Part shown: positions 28,612 to 37,272 of the stretch, one piece after another | How the letters are laid out: the number at the start of each line of letters is the position of its first letter | How positions within the stretch are numbered: the first letter of the stretch is position 1 | Assembly: GCA_042570605.1 (NCBI GenBank) | Contig: JBHPGK010000003.1 | Span: 1 to 55,997 of the forward strand | Direction of reading: 5' to 3' | Source of the DNA: Candidatus Zhuqueibacterota bacterium | GTDB lineage: Bacteria > SM23-31 > JBHPGK01 | Length of the DNA stretch: 55,997 nucleotides | Notes under the pieces: model-generated | Told to the model about the DNA's origin: nothing | The model's database searches: none | What the model saw: the letters and a program-made list of their open reading frames with translations, nothing else | Made by a program: the position numbers and the translations under genes

Positions 28612-28638
28612 TAAAGTTTACTAAAATAGTGTCGATTA
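28612..28638 (+). promoter_or_regulatory. Sigma-28 (FliA/SigD) promoter
   Basis: TAAAGTTT-N11-GTCGATTA against the consensus TAAAGTTT-N11-GCCGATAA, just upstream of flagellin. Confidence 0.82.
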
Positions 28639-28690
28639 TGAGAAAAGAAGGAAAATATTCAAATCTCTTATATATATATAAGGAGGTATT

Positions 28691-29539
28691 ATGGCGATAG
28701 GCGACTCAACCCGCATTAATACCAATATAGCCGCATTTAACGCTTTAAATGCTTTAAAGGGTGTTAATAGGAATTTAGAAGTAAGCCAGCTCAAGTTGGC
28801 TACAGGTCTTCGTATTAATGAAGTATCTGACGATCCTGCCGGTTTTGTCATTTCAAAAAGATTAGAAGCGAGATCAAGAGGATTGACCACTGCTCTGGAT
28901 AATGTAGGTACCGCTAAAAACCTTTTGGCTATTGCTGAAGGAGGTATGTTAAATATCTCCGATATTTTGATCACAATGAAAGAAAAATTAACCCAGGCAG
29001 CCTCAGATTCTCTTGGATCCGCAGAAAGAAATGCTATAAAAACTGAGCTTCTGCAGCTGACTGAAGAAATAAATAATATTGTCAGTGAAACATCATTTAA
29101 TAACCGTGCATTAATTGACGGTACTTTCTCCGGCATTTCATTGCAAACCGGTGAAGGCACTACAAATACACTTATTGTAAATTTAACAGACATTAATACT
29201 GCAACGGGCTTATCGGTAACATCTGCAAACGTTGCAAACCAGGTTTTTACTGCCACCGGTGCAAGTTCAGCACTTGATAAAGTCAATACAGCCATTGAAT
29301 CTGTTTCTGATTCATTACAGAACATTGGGAGTCTAATTTCAAGGTTGAGTGTAAAAGAATCAACTCTTTCAGTTGCAATTACTAATACAGAAGCTACACG
29401 AAGCAGAATTATTGATGCTGATATTGCAAAAGAGCAGCTTGTTTCAACAAGAAATCTTATTCTACAGCAAACATCAACAGCACAGTTAGCACAAGCGAAT
29501 TTAACTCCGCAAAATGTGTTAGCATTATTCTATACTTAA
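28691..29539 (+). CDS. fliC: Flagellin (short, D0/D1 only)
   Basis: RINTNIAA, LATGLRINEVSDDPAG, SRIIDADIAKE, ILQQ..AQLAQAN; AAGGAGGT RBS. Confidence 0.95.
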   Translation: MAIGDSTRINTNIAAFNALNALKGVNRNLEVSQLKLATGLRINEVSDDPAGFVISKRLEARSRGLTTALDNVGTAKNLLAIAEGGMLNISDILITMKEKLTQAASDSLGSAERNAIKTELLQLTEEINNIVSETSFNNRALIDGTFSGISLQTGEGTTNTLIVNLTDINTATGLSVTSANVANQVFTATGASSALDKVNTAIESVSDSLQNIGSLISRLSVKESTLSVAITNTEATRSRIIDADIAKEQLVSTRNLILQQTSTAQLAQANLTPQNVLALFYT

Positions 29540-29595
29540 AAAAATGGTGGGATATTAATTTATCCAAAGCCGTTTTTTTACCTCCTTAACGGGTC

Positions 29596-29631
29596 GGGGA
29601 AACGTATATTTTATTGTTTCCCCTTCTTTTT
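29596..29631 (+). terminator. Probable terminator after flagellin
   Basis: GGGGAAAC-loop-GTTTCCCC then TTCTTTTT. Confidence 0.6.
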
Positions 29632-29717
29632 AAGGTCAACAGGCAGCTTCCCTCAATCTTAAAACCTTGCTTTTTTCATCCATATTAGATAAATTCAAAA
29701 AAAACTTTTACATAACT

Positions 29718-31283
29718 ATGTTTTCAGAAATTAAAAAAAACAGGCTTTTAATTAATTTTTTCAAAATTTCCAGCGGTACTTTAGTTTCAAGGATACTGGG
29801 ATTTGTCAGGGAACTTGTTGTAGCATTCTATTTTGGAACTACAAAATATATGGATGCTTTTGTTTATGCTTTTACGATTCCAAATTTGTTCAGAAGGATA
29901 CTTGGAGAAGATATGGTTGAACGGGGGCTTATGCCGCCTGTTAAGGCTTTTCTGGCGAAAGATGAAAAAAACAAAGCCTCTAACCTTGTTTCTTCCCTTT
30001 TTAATATTATGTTTGTAGTTCTTATAATATTGATGCTTCTTTTATATATTGCCGCACCTATATTAGTTAAATTAATTGCACCGGCAGTTGAGAAGGAAAC
30101 ATTTGATATTATACTGAAGTTTACTTATGTGATACTGCCTTTTATGGTTTTTATCGGTATGGCAGCTTTTGCGGGGGGTCTGTTAAATATTCTCGAAATG
30201 AATATTATATACAGTTTTGCCCCTGTTATGCTGAGTATTGGAGTTATTGTAAGCCTTGTTTTTTTCAGGCCGGTATTTGGAAATTATGCTTTAACAGCAG
30301 GATTCCTTTTAGGTGCGCTTCTTCAATTTTTAGTACAGGTACCGTTCTTACTGCATAAAAGAGTGAAAGAAAGGACAGGGCTGAGTTACCGGCTGAACTT
30401 CAATATTGAAGGTAGATCAAGAAAAAAGATAAAAAAAGAAAGCATTTTTATTGCATTACAGTCAATATTAAACAAAAGTGTAGAACTGGTGGATAAGATC
30501 CTGGCTTCATTTCTTTTAACAGGCAGCATTTCCGGATTGTATTACTCTCAGCGTCTTGTTCAACTGCCTAATGCGATCATTGGGTTAGCGATATCACGTT
30601 CCATCACGCCTTATCTAACTGAAAAAAATGCCGTTGATAATTTAGATGATTTCAAAAAAGGGATTTTATACGGGATTAAGTTTAACCTTTCAATTATACT
30701 TCCAATTATGGCTTTGTCAATAATTTTGAGAAATGAAATTATCTATATTATTTTTAAGAGAGGAGACTTTACTTTAAACAGCGTTTTCCTTACTTCTCTT
30801 CCTTTCTGGTGTCATATGATAGGCTTACCTGCAATGAGCCTGAATTTTCTTTTCTCAAGGGGATTTTCGGCAATACAGAGAAATAAGATCCCATTTTACA
30901 CAGCTGTTTTTGCTACTGTTTTAAACATTATATTGAGTCTAATCCTGGTTAAGACTCAATTAAAACACGGCGGGCTTGCTCTCTCCTCTTCCATTGCTTT
31001 CACTTTTAATACATTAATACTATATATAATGCTGAACAGGTTTTTAGCTGAAAAAGGCGTCCCTATAAGATTAAACGACCTTTTTAAACCTGTTCTAAAA
31101 ATACTTCTCGGCACAGCCTTTTTTAGTGTATTGGTATTTTTTACTTCTGAATTCATTAAAAATTCTTTGTTTTTTAAGAATAATTTTAACGATTTTTCTT
31201 TAAATTTAATTATTGTGTGTTTAACTTCTGCTGTAGGATTTTTATTTTACATTATGTTTAATTATATTGTAAAAAAGTATTAA
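29718..31283 (+). CDS. murJ: Lipid II flippase MurJ (MviN)
   Basis: SRILGFVRE, AFTIPNLFRRILGE, LQFLVQVP, YYSQRLVQLP, RGDF, HGGLALSSS; ATG 29718 preferred to TTG 29667. Confidence 0.93.
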   Translation: MFSEIKKNRLLINFFKISSGTLVSRILGFVRELVVAFYFGTTKYMDAFVYAFTIPNLFRRILGEDMVERGLMPPVKAFLAKDEKNKASNLVSSLFNIMFVVLIILMLLLYIAAPILVKLIAPAVEKETFDIILKFTYVILPFMVFIGMAAFAGGLLNILEMNIIYSFAPVMLSIGVIVSLVFFRPVFGNYALTAGFLLGALLQFLVQVPFLLHKRVKERTGLSYRLNFNIEGRSRKKIKKESIFIALQSILNKSVELVDKILASFLLTGSISGLYYSQRLVQLPNAIIGLAISRSITPYLTEKNAVDNLDDFKKGILYGIKFNLSIILPIMALSIILRNEIIYIIFKRGDFTLNSVFLTSLPFWCHMIGLPAMSLNFLFSRGFSAIQRNKIPFYTAVFATVLNIILSLILVKTQLKHGGLALSSSIAFTFNTLILYIMLNRFLAEKGVPIRLNDLFKPVLKILLGTAFFSVLVFFTSEFIKNSLFFKNNFNDFSLNLIIVCLTSAVGFLFYIMFNYIVKKY

Positions 31284-31295
31284 GGGCAGTCTGTT

Positions 31296-33305
31296 TTGAA
31301 ATCAAAAAAATATATTTTTACAGGGGGTGGAACAGGTGGACATGTTTATCCTGCCATTGCTATTGCTGATGAGTTACTGAGATTAGATCCTGAAGCAGAA
31401 ATACTGTATGTTGGAAATAAAAAAGGTGCAGAATCTCATATTCTACCTAAAAAAGGATATAAGGTAAAATATGTTGCGTCAGTAGGTCTGACATCGGGAA
31501 TTTTGTCTTTTAAGTTTATAAGGTTTTTATTAATACAGTTTATGGGATTTTTGAAATCTCTTTTTATTATTTTATCATTCAGACCTGATGCTGTAGTAGG
31601 AACAGGGGGTTATGTAAGTGCCCCGGTAGTGATTGCGAACGTTTTTTTGCGAAAATTACACCTGTCGAGATCGAAAATTATTATTCATGAGCAGAATGTC
31701 GTGCCGGGAAGACTGAATGATCTTGTTGCGCGTTTTTCCGACCTGACAATTGTGTCATCTTCTCAGACAAAGGATATACTCCCGCAGGGTATAATACTCG
31801 GTTATCCTGTGAGGAAGTCAGAAAAAAAGATTTCAAAAGAAGAAGCCAAAAGGCGGCTGAATATTCCTGAAGATAAAAAAGTTGTTTTTATTTTCGGAGG
31901 TTCTACCGGTGCCAGAACGATAAACAGGGCAGTTATAGAAGCCCTCCCGCTTTTAGCACAATATGAGAAAATATTTGTCATTCATGGAATAGGGCGTTAT
32001 AGATCACTGGAATATGATGCGGTCAAAGATACTGATACAAAGTTAAAAAAACTGAATTTTAAAAGGGAAAAAAGCCAGTTCTATCTCGCTAAGGATTATT
32101 TTTATGAAATTGACCTGGTCTATTCTGCAGCCGATCTTGTTGTTTCGAGAGCTGGGGCAGGGACGATCGAAGAACTTAAATCCATAGGGCTGCCGTCAAT
32201 CATTATTCCTAAAGCAAACCTGCCGGGAGACCATCAGGTATTAAATGCAAGGGCACTTGAGCAGTCAGGTGCTTGCAGCATAATTTTTGAGGAAGTTAAG
32301 TACGATGCCGGAAAAGTTATTTCTTATGTTGACGGAGAAAAACTTGCTCAGAAAGTCATTGATCTTCTATTTGATGAAAATAAACTAAATGAAATAAAAA
32401 TTAATGCCGGAAAATCATATAACCGGGAATCATTAAGCGAAATAAAAAAAGCAATAATTAAGATAGTAAAAGGTGAAAATGTTACAGGCGGAATAGATCT
32501 AAAAGATAAAATGAATTCAAGTGATATTAAAAATTACTATAACTTAGGTGCCTACGGATTACTGAGGAAAGTGAATCAGCTGGTTCAGGGTATTAAAGAT
32601 AAGGATATCACTTCACTTCCTGAATGGGATTATCTTTCCTATAGAGCCGCCGGCTATCTTGTATCTGATAACTGGGAAATACGAAATGTGGGCGTGAAAC
32701 TGTTAGGTCTGCTGAAAAACGAAAAAAAACTGAACCTGTTAATTTCGATATTAATGGATAAAAGACCAAGCAGTTCATTTAAGAAATTTTTTGGGGGGGA
32801 TTATTTTCATGTGGGATTCATTAGAAGGAATACGGTTTATTCTATCATGAATATTGGAGTTTATAATAATGAAATCAGGGATGTATTAATATCTGTGTTA
32901 CGGACTGATCCGTATTACGAGGTCAGGGCTGCTGCTGCTGAAGCATTAACACAATTTTCAGATGAAATAAAAGAAGATATTGAGCTTGAGAATGTATTGA
33001 TCGAAAACCTGAATCATTCTTCATTTGAAGTAGTTAATGAAGCTATCACAGCATTAGGGAAGATAGCATTTTCTGAAGGGGCACTTGAACATCTGAAGAA
33101 GATGCTTTTTTCAACAAAATGGCAGTTCCGTGATAGTGCAGTTAGAGCTTTCATTGATATTTCTGAAAGGGGAAATTACAAAGACATTGGTGAACTAAGA
33201 AGTTTTTTAAAAGATATAATGGTAGTATGCACGGATTTTAAACCTGAATTTCCTCTGAAGAAATCAATTCTTGATCTAAACAGGCGAATAGAAAAGCGGA
33301 GTTAA
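31296..33305 (+). CDS. murG: MurG GlcNAc transferase fused to a C-terminal HEAT-repeat domain
   Basis: GGGTGGHVYPA, GTGGYVS, HEQN, GGSTGA, SRAGAGT, DHQVLNA; extra ~280 aa with HEAT-like repeats. Confidence 0.9.
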   Translation: MKSKKYIFTGGGTGGHVYPAIAIADELLRLDPEAEILYVGNKKGAESHILPKKGYKVKYVASVGLTSGILSFKFIRFLLIQFMGFLKSLFIILSFRPDAVVGTGGYVSAPVVIANVFLRKLHLSRSKIIIHEQNVVPGRLNDLVARFSDLTIVSSSQTKDILPQGIILGYPVRKSEKKISKEEAKRRLNIPEDKKVVFIFGGSTGARTINRAVIEALPLLAQYEKIFVIHGIGRYRSLEYDAVKDTDTKLKKLNFKREKSQFYLAKDYFYEIDLVYSAADLVVSRAGAGTIEELKSIGLPSIIIPKANLPGDHQVLNARALEQSGACSIIFEEVKYDAGKVISYVDGEKLAQKVIDLLFDENKLNEIKINAGKSYNRESLSEIKKAIIKIVKGENVTGGIDLKDKMNSSDIKNYYNLGAYGLLRKVNQLVQGIKDKDITSLPEWDYLSYRAAGYLVSDNWEIRNVGVKLLGLLKNEKKLNLLISILMDKRPSSSFKKFFGGDYFHVGFIRRNTVYSIMNIGVYNNEIRDVLISVLRTDPYYEVRAAAAEALTQFSDEIKEDIELENVLIENLNHSSFEVVNEAITALGKIAFSEGALEHLKKMLFSTKWQFRDSAVRAFIDISERGNYKDIGELRSFLKDIMVVCTDFKPEFPLKKSILDLNRRIEKRS

Positions 33306-33306
33306 A

Positions 33307-34413
33307 ATGTTATTTGAATTAACTAAGTATTTATACAGTAATTTCAGTGATTTTTCATTTTTCCGAATATTTAATTATATAAGTTCGCGGGCGATCTTTG
33401 CTGCTTTAACTGCCTTTTTTATACTCTTATTTTTCGGAAACCGGATGATAGTCTATCTTCATAGAAAAAATTACAGGGATATGGTAAGAGACTTCGGGCT
33501 GGTAACTTCATTTGACAAAAAAGGGACTCCAACTTCAGGTGGTATACTTATACTAATTGCTATTTTCATCCCTACTCTTTTATGGTGCGATCCTACAAAC
33601 AGATTTATTCAGATCGTTACAGCGGCGTTATTCTGGTTTGGCGGGTTAGGATTTGTGGATGATTATCTAAAAAAGAAAAATGAAAGCAGTCAAAAAGGGC
33701 TTAACTGGATAATAAAATTGATTTTACAGATGACATTCGGTGCTGCTCTTGGGTTTATTTTACTTACTGAGGGAATATCTCCAATCAGCCAGGACCTGGC
33801 AGCAAATCTGTATGTGCCTTTTTACAAGCATGCTGTTGCCGATCTCGGATGGTTATACATTCCTTTTATTGTATTTGTCGTTGCTGCAATTTCTAATTCG
33901 GTCAATCTTGCTGACGGAATGGATGGGCTTGCCATAATGCCCGTTAATTTTGCTTACATAGTGTACGGGATTTTTGCTTTTGTAATAGGTAACAGAATAT
34001 ATTCCGAATACCTGCTGTACAGTTATATTCCCGGGGCAGGTGAACTTAGTATTTTCTGCGGCGCTGTTTTTGGTGCAGGACTTGGATTTTTGTGGTATAA
34101 TTCTTATCCGGCTCAGATTTTTATGGGTGATACAGGCTCAATCTCTCTTGGAGGGATTTTAGCGACTCTTGCAGTACTTTTGAAACAGGAGATACTGTTT
34201 CTTATCTTAGGCGGATTTTTTGTCATTGAGGCGGCAACCAGCCTTATTCAAAGTCTCGGGATCAAATACCTCGGAAAAAGGATCTTTTACAGGGCTCCGA
34301 TTCATCATAATCTTGAATATAAGGGACTTGCCGAAACAAAAGTGGTAGTCAGGGTTTGGGTAATATCAGGGATACTTGCACTGATCAGCCTTGCTACGTT
34401 GAAATTAAGGTAA
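33307..34413 (+). CDS. mraY: Phospho-MurNAc-pentapeptide translocase
   Basis: KKGTPTSGG, GFVDDY, SNSVNLADGMDGL, FLWYNSYPAQIFMGDTGS, APIHHNLE. Confidence 0.95.
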   Translation: MLFELTKYLYSNFSDFSFFRIFNYISSRAIFAALTAFFILLFFGNRMIVYLHRKNYRDMVRDFGLVTSFDKKGTPTSGGILILIAIFIPTLLWCDPTNRFIQIVTAALFWFGGLGFVDDYLKKKNESSQKGLNWIIKLILQMTFGAALGFILLTEGISPISQDLAANLYVPFYKHAVADLGWLYIPFIVFVVAAISNSVNLADGMDGLAIMPVNFAYIVYGIFAFVIGNRIYSEYLLYSYIPGAGELSIFCGAVFGAGLGFLWYNSYPAQIFMGDTGSISLGGILATLAVLLKQEILFLILGGFFVIEAATSLIQSLGIKYLGKRIFYRAPIHHNLEYKGLAETKVVVRVWVISGILALISLATLKLR

Positions 34414-34418
34414 AGTAC

Positions 34419-35855
34419 ATGAAGGAAAACAGGTTTCATCTTCGTTCGGAAACAGAGCTTGCTTTGGATGAAATTATTGAAGCAGCAGACCCTGAAATTT
34501 TAGCCGGCAATTGCTCGAAATTCGGGGCAGTAACACTTGATTCAAGAAGTGTAAAAAAAGATGATCTGTTTTTCGCTCTTAAAGGGGAGTCTTCCGATGG
34601 GCATAAATATATCCAAAATGCCCTTAATAATGGTGCAGGTGGAGTAATATTAGAATCTATCACTGAGATAACAGACCTCTCTAAATTTCAAAATATAACA
34701 ATCCTGAAAGTACCTGATACTCTGGAGACTCTTCATATACTGGCAAAGAAAAGACTGGAAAAATACAAATTAAAGAATATTAAGATCAGCGGCAGTATTG
34801 GTAAAACAACAGCCAGGAAAATGGCTGTTTCAATATTTGAGATAAAAAGCGGTGTTTTGACAAACTATAAAAATTACAACAACTATACAGGACTTCCTCT
34901 GACGCTATTGAGGGCAAAAAAGGGACACGAGTATGGAATTCTGGAACTCGGGATCAACCAGCCCGGAGAGATGGAAAAACTGGCAAACCTGGTAAATTCA
35001 GAAATTTCCGTTCTGCTTAATATAAGACCTGTTCATACTGAGTTTTTTGATAATGTAAATCATATTTTCCATGAAAAACTCAAAATTATAAATGAGAAAA
35101 ATTCCACCCTTATTATTAATAATGATGATAATCTTCTTAACGGATTAAAGAATAATCCGGATATAAAACTGTTAACTTATGGTATTAAAAACAAAAGCGA
35201 TGTTTCAGCAAAAAATATTAAAGTTTACAGCGAAGGCAAACATGGTTTTTCTTTGACTACACCTGAATATGAGTTAGAAATAAGACTTTCTGTTATCGGC
35301 AGGCATAATATTTACAATGCTCTTGCTGCATCTTCGATAGCATATTATTATAACCTGGATAAAGAGCAGATAAAAGAAGGTCTGGAAAAGTTTGTACCTG
35401 AGGATATGCGGTGCAGCATTATCAATTTAAAAAATGGTGTAAAGATCATAAATGACTGCTATAATGCAGGACCAGACTCAACAAAAGCAGCCCTTACATC
35501 ATTAGGTGATTTTTCAGGGTGTAATAAAAAATTAGCGGTCCTGGGTAAAATGCTTGAATTGGGAAGTGAAGAAGATAATTATCATTTTGAAATAGGGGAA
35601 TTTGCCGGAAATATGAGCCTTGATTATATTTTTGCATTTGGAGATAACTCTGCAAAAAAATATATCGAAGGTGCAATCAAGGCAGGTATTCCGGTGGATA
35701 GAACCTGCTTTTCGGATAACAAAATCAAAATTTTTGAAGAATTGTGTAATATACTTGAAGAAGGTGACTGTGTCCTTATTAAAGGATCACGAGGTATTAA
35801 AATGGAAGAGATTACTAATATGCTGATTGAGAAGTACGGAGTTGAAAATGAATAA
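34419..35855 (+). CDS. murF: UDP-MurNAc-tripeptide D-Ala-D-Ala ligase
   Basis: DSR, DGH, SGSIGKTT, NYNNYTGLPLTL, NDCYNA, LGKMLELG, KGSRG; start ATG 34419. Confidence 0.93.
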   Translation: MKENRFHLRSETELALDEIIEAADPEILAGNCSKFGAVTLDSRSVKKDDLFFALKGESSDGHKYIQNALNNGAGGVILESITEITDLSKFQNITILKVPDTLETLHILAKKRLEKYKLKNIKISGSIGKTTARKMAVSIFEIKSGVLTNYKNYNNYTGLPLTLLRAKKGHEYGILELGINQPGEMEKLANLVNSEISVLLNIRPVHTEFFDNVNHIFHEKLKIINEKNSTLIINNDDNLLNGLKNNPDIKLLTYGIKNKSDVSAKNIKVYSEGKHGFSLTTPEYELEIRLSVIGRHNIYNALAASSIAYYYNLDKEQIKEGLEKFVPEDMRCSIINLKNGVKIINDCYNAGPDSTKAALTSLGDFSGCNKKLAVLGKMLELGSEEDNYHFEIGEFAGNMSLDYIFAFGDNSAKKYIEGAIKAGIPVDRTCFSDNKIKIFEELCNILEEGDCVLIKGSRGIKMEEITNMLIEKYGVENE

Positions 35856-37272
35856 ATCATTCGGTTTGCAGAACGGGGCGAAAAAGATCCATTTTACGGC
35901 TATATGCGGGACGGGTATGGGGTCTGTTGCAGTAGTCCTGAAACAGATGGGCTTTGAAATAACAGGGTCAGATGAAAATATATACCCTCCAATGAGTAAT
36001 ATATTACACGATAACGGTATTAGAGTATACTCCGGTTATTCCCGGAAAAACATTAAAGATGATATTGACATTTTTGTGATCGGAAATGCGATGTCCAGGG
36101 GTAATCCTGAAGTAGAGGAAATCCTCGCAAAAAAGAAATTCTATATTTCCCTGCCGGAACTTGTAAAGGAAATATTTATCAGAGGCAGAAATTCAATTGT
36201 AATTACCGGGACACACGGAAAAAGTACTACGACTGCTCTTGCTTCCCTTGTATTTGAATATGCAGATAAAAAACCGGGATTTTTAATTGGCGGTGTTCCC
36301 CTCAATTTTGATTCAGGATGCAGGAAAGGAGATGGAAAACATTTTATTATTGAAGGGGATGAATACGATACGGCTTTTTTTGACAAACGAAGCAAATTTG
36401 TACATTACCTGCCTGATTATCTTGTAATTAATAATATAGAATTTGACCATGCCGACATTTTTAATACTCTTGATGAGATAATTTTATCTTTTAAAAGAGT
36501 AGCAAATATTGTCCCGGAAAATGGACTGATCTTAGCTAACGGAGACGATCCAAATGTTGAAAAGGTTATCCGGAAGGTTTCGGCACCTCTTGAAAAATAC
36601 GGTTTTGAAAATAAGAATAAATGGAATGTTAAGAATATAGAATATAACGGTGACAATACAACATTTGATGTATATAAGGATAATAAATTTTTTGGGAAAT
36701 TCACATTACCTCTTCCGGGAAAATGTAATATTATTAATTCACTGGCAGTAATTGCCCTTTCTTTTCATAACCGTATTGATAATAAAGTGATACAGGAAGC
36801 ATTTCTGAATTTTAAAGGATTAAAAAGGCGGTCTGAAATAGTTGGAGTTGAAAAAGGAATAACTGTAATTGATGATTTTGCCCACCATCCCACTGCAGTG
36901 AGGGAAACCCTTTTTGGTTTAAGAAAGAAATACAACGATAAAAGAATCTTTGCGGTTTTTGAGCCGAGAACAAATACCACAAGGAGAAAAATTCTTCAGA
37001 ATGAACTTGCAGAAGCTTTTAATTCTTCTGATTTCGCTGTTATTGCAAAAATAAATGCTCCGGAAAAGGTACCGCAGGATGAAAGACTTTCAATTGAGCG
37101 GCTGATAAAAGATATAAATGCAAATGGAGTTAAAGGTGAATATATACCTGAAACTGATAACATTATCAGTTTCTTACTGAATGAATGCAAAAAGGATGAC
37201 GTGGTTGTATTTATGAGTAATGGCGGATTTGATAATATAATATTGAGATTTCTTGATAAACTGAGGAGTTAA
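35848..37272 (+). CDS. mpl: Murein peptide ligase (UDP-MurNAc:L-Ala-gamma-D-Glu-mDAP ligase)
   Basis: Mpl-type motifs ICGTGMG, GNAMSRGNPEVE, EGDEYDTAFFDKRSKF, EFDHADIF, DDFAHHPTA, FEPRTNT, MSNGGF. Confidence 0.9.
   Translation: MNKSFGLQNGAKKIHFTAICGTGMGSVAVVLKQMGFEITGSDENIYPPMSNILHDNGIRVYSGYSRKNIKDDIDIFVIGNAMSRGNPEVEEILAKKKFYISLPELVKEIFIRGRNSIVITGTHGKSTTTALASLVFEYADKKPGFLIGGVPLNFDSGCRKGDGKHFIIEGDEYDTAFFDKRSKFVHYLPDYLVINNIEFDHADIFNTLDEIILSFKRVANIVPENGLILANGDDPNVEKVIRKVSAPLEKYGFENKNKWNVKNIEYNGDNTTFDVYKDNKFFGKFTLPLPGKCNIINSLAVIALSFHNRIDNKVIQEAFLNFKGLKRRSEIVGVEKGITVIDDFAHHPTAVRETLFGLRKKYNDKRIFAVFEPRTNTTRRKILQNELAEAFNSSDFAVIAKINAPEKVPQDERLSIERLIKDINANGVKGEYIPETDNIISFLLNECKKDDVVVFMSNGGFDNIILRFLDKLRS

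Noticed and set aside
28636-29325. 229-aa antisense ORF over flagellin
   Set aside because: Shadow frame of a strongly conserved gene; the same applies to antisense ORFs at 15293, 18541, 19645, 48059, 49066 and 51866.
35848-37272. Calling this gene murC
   Set aside because: It has Mpl-specific motifs (AFFDKRSKF, DDFAHHPT, FEPRTNT, MSNGGF) rather than the MurC equivalents (DDYGHHP/DDYAHHP, FQPHR).
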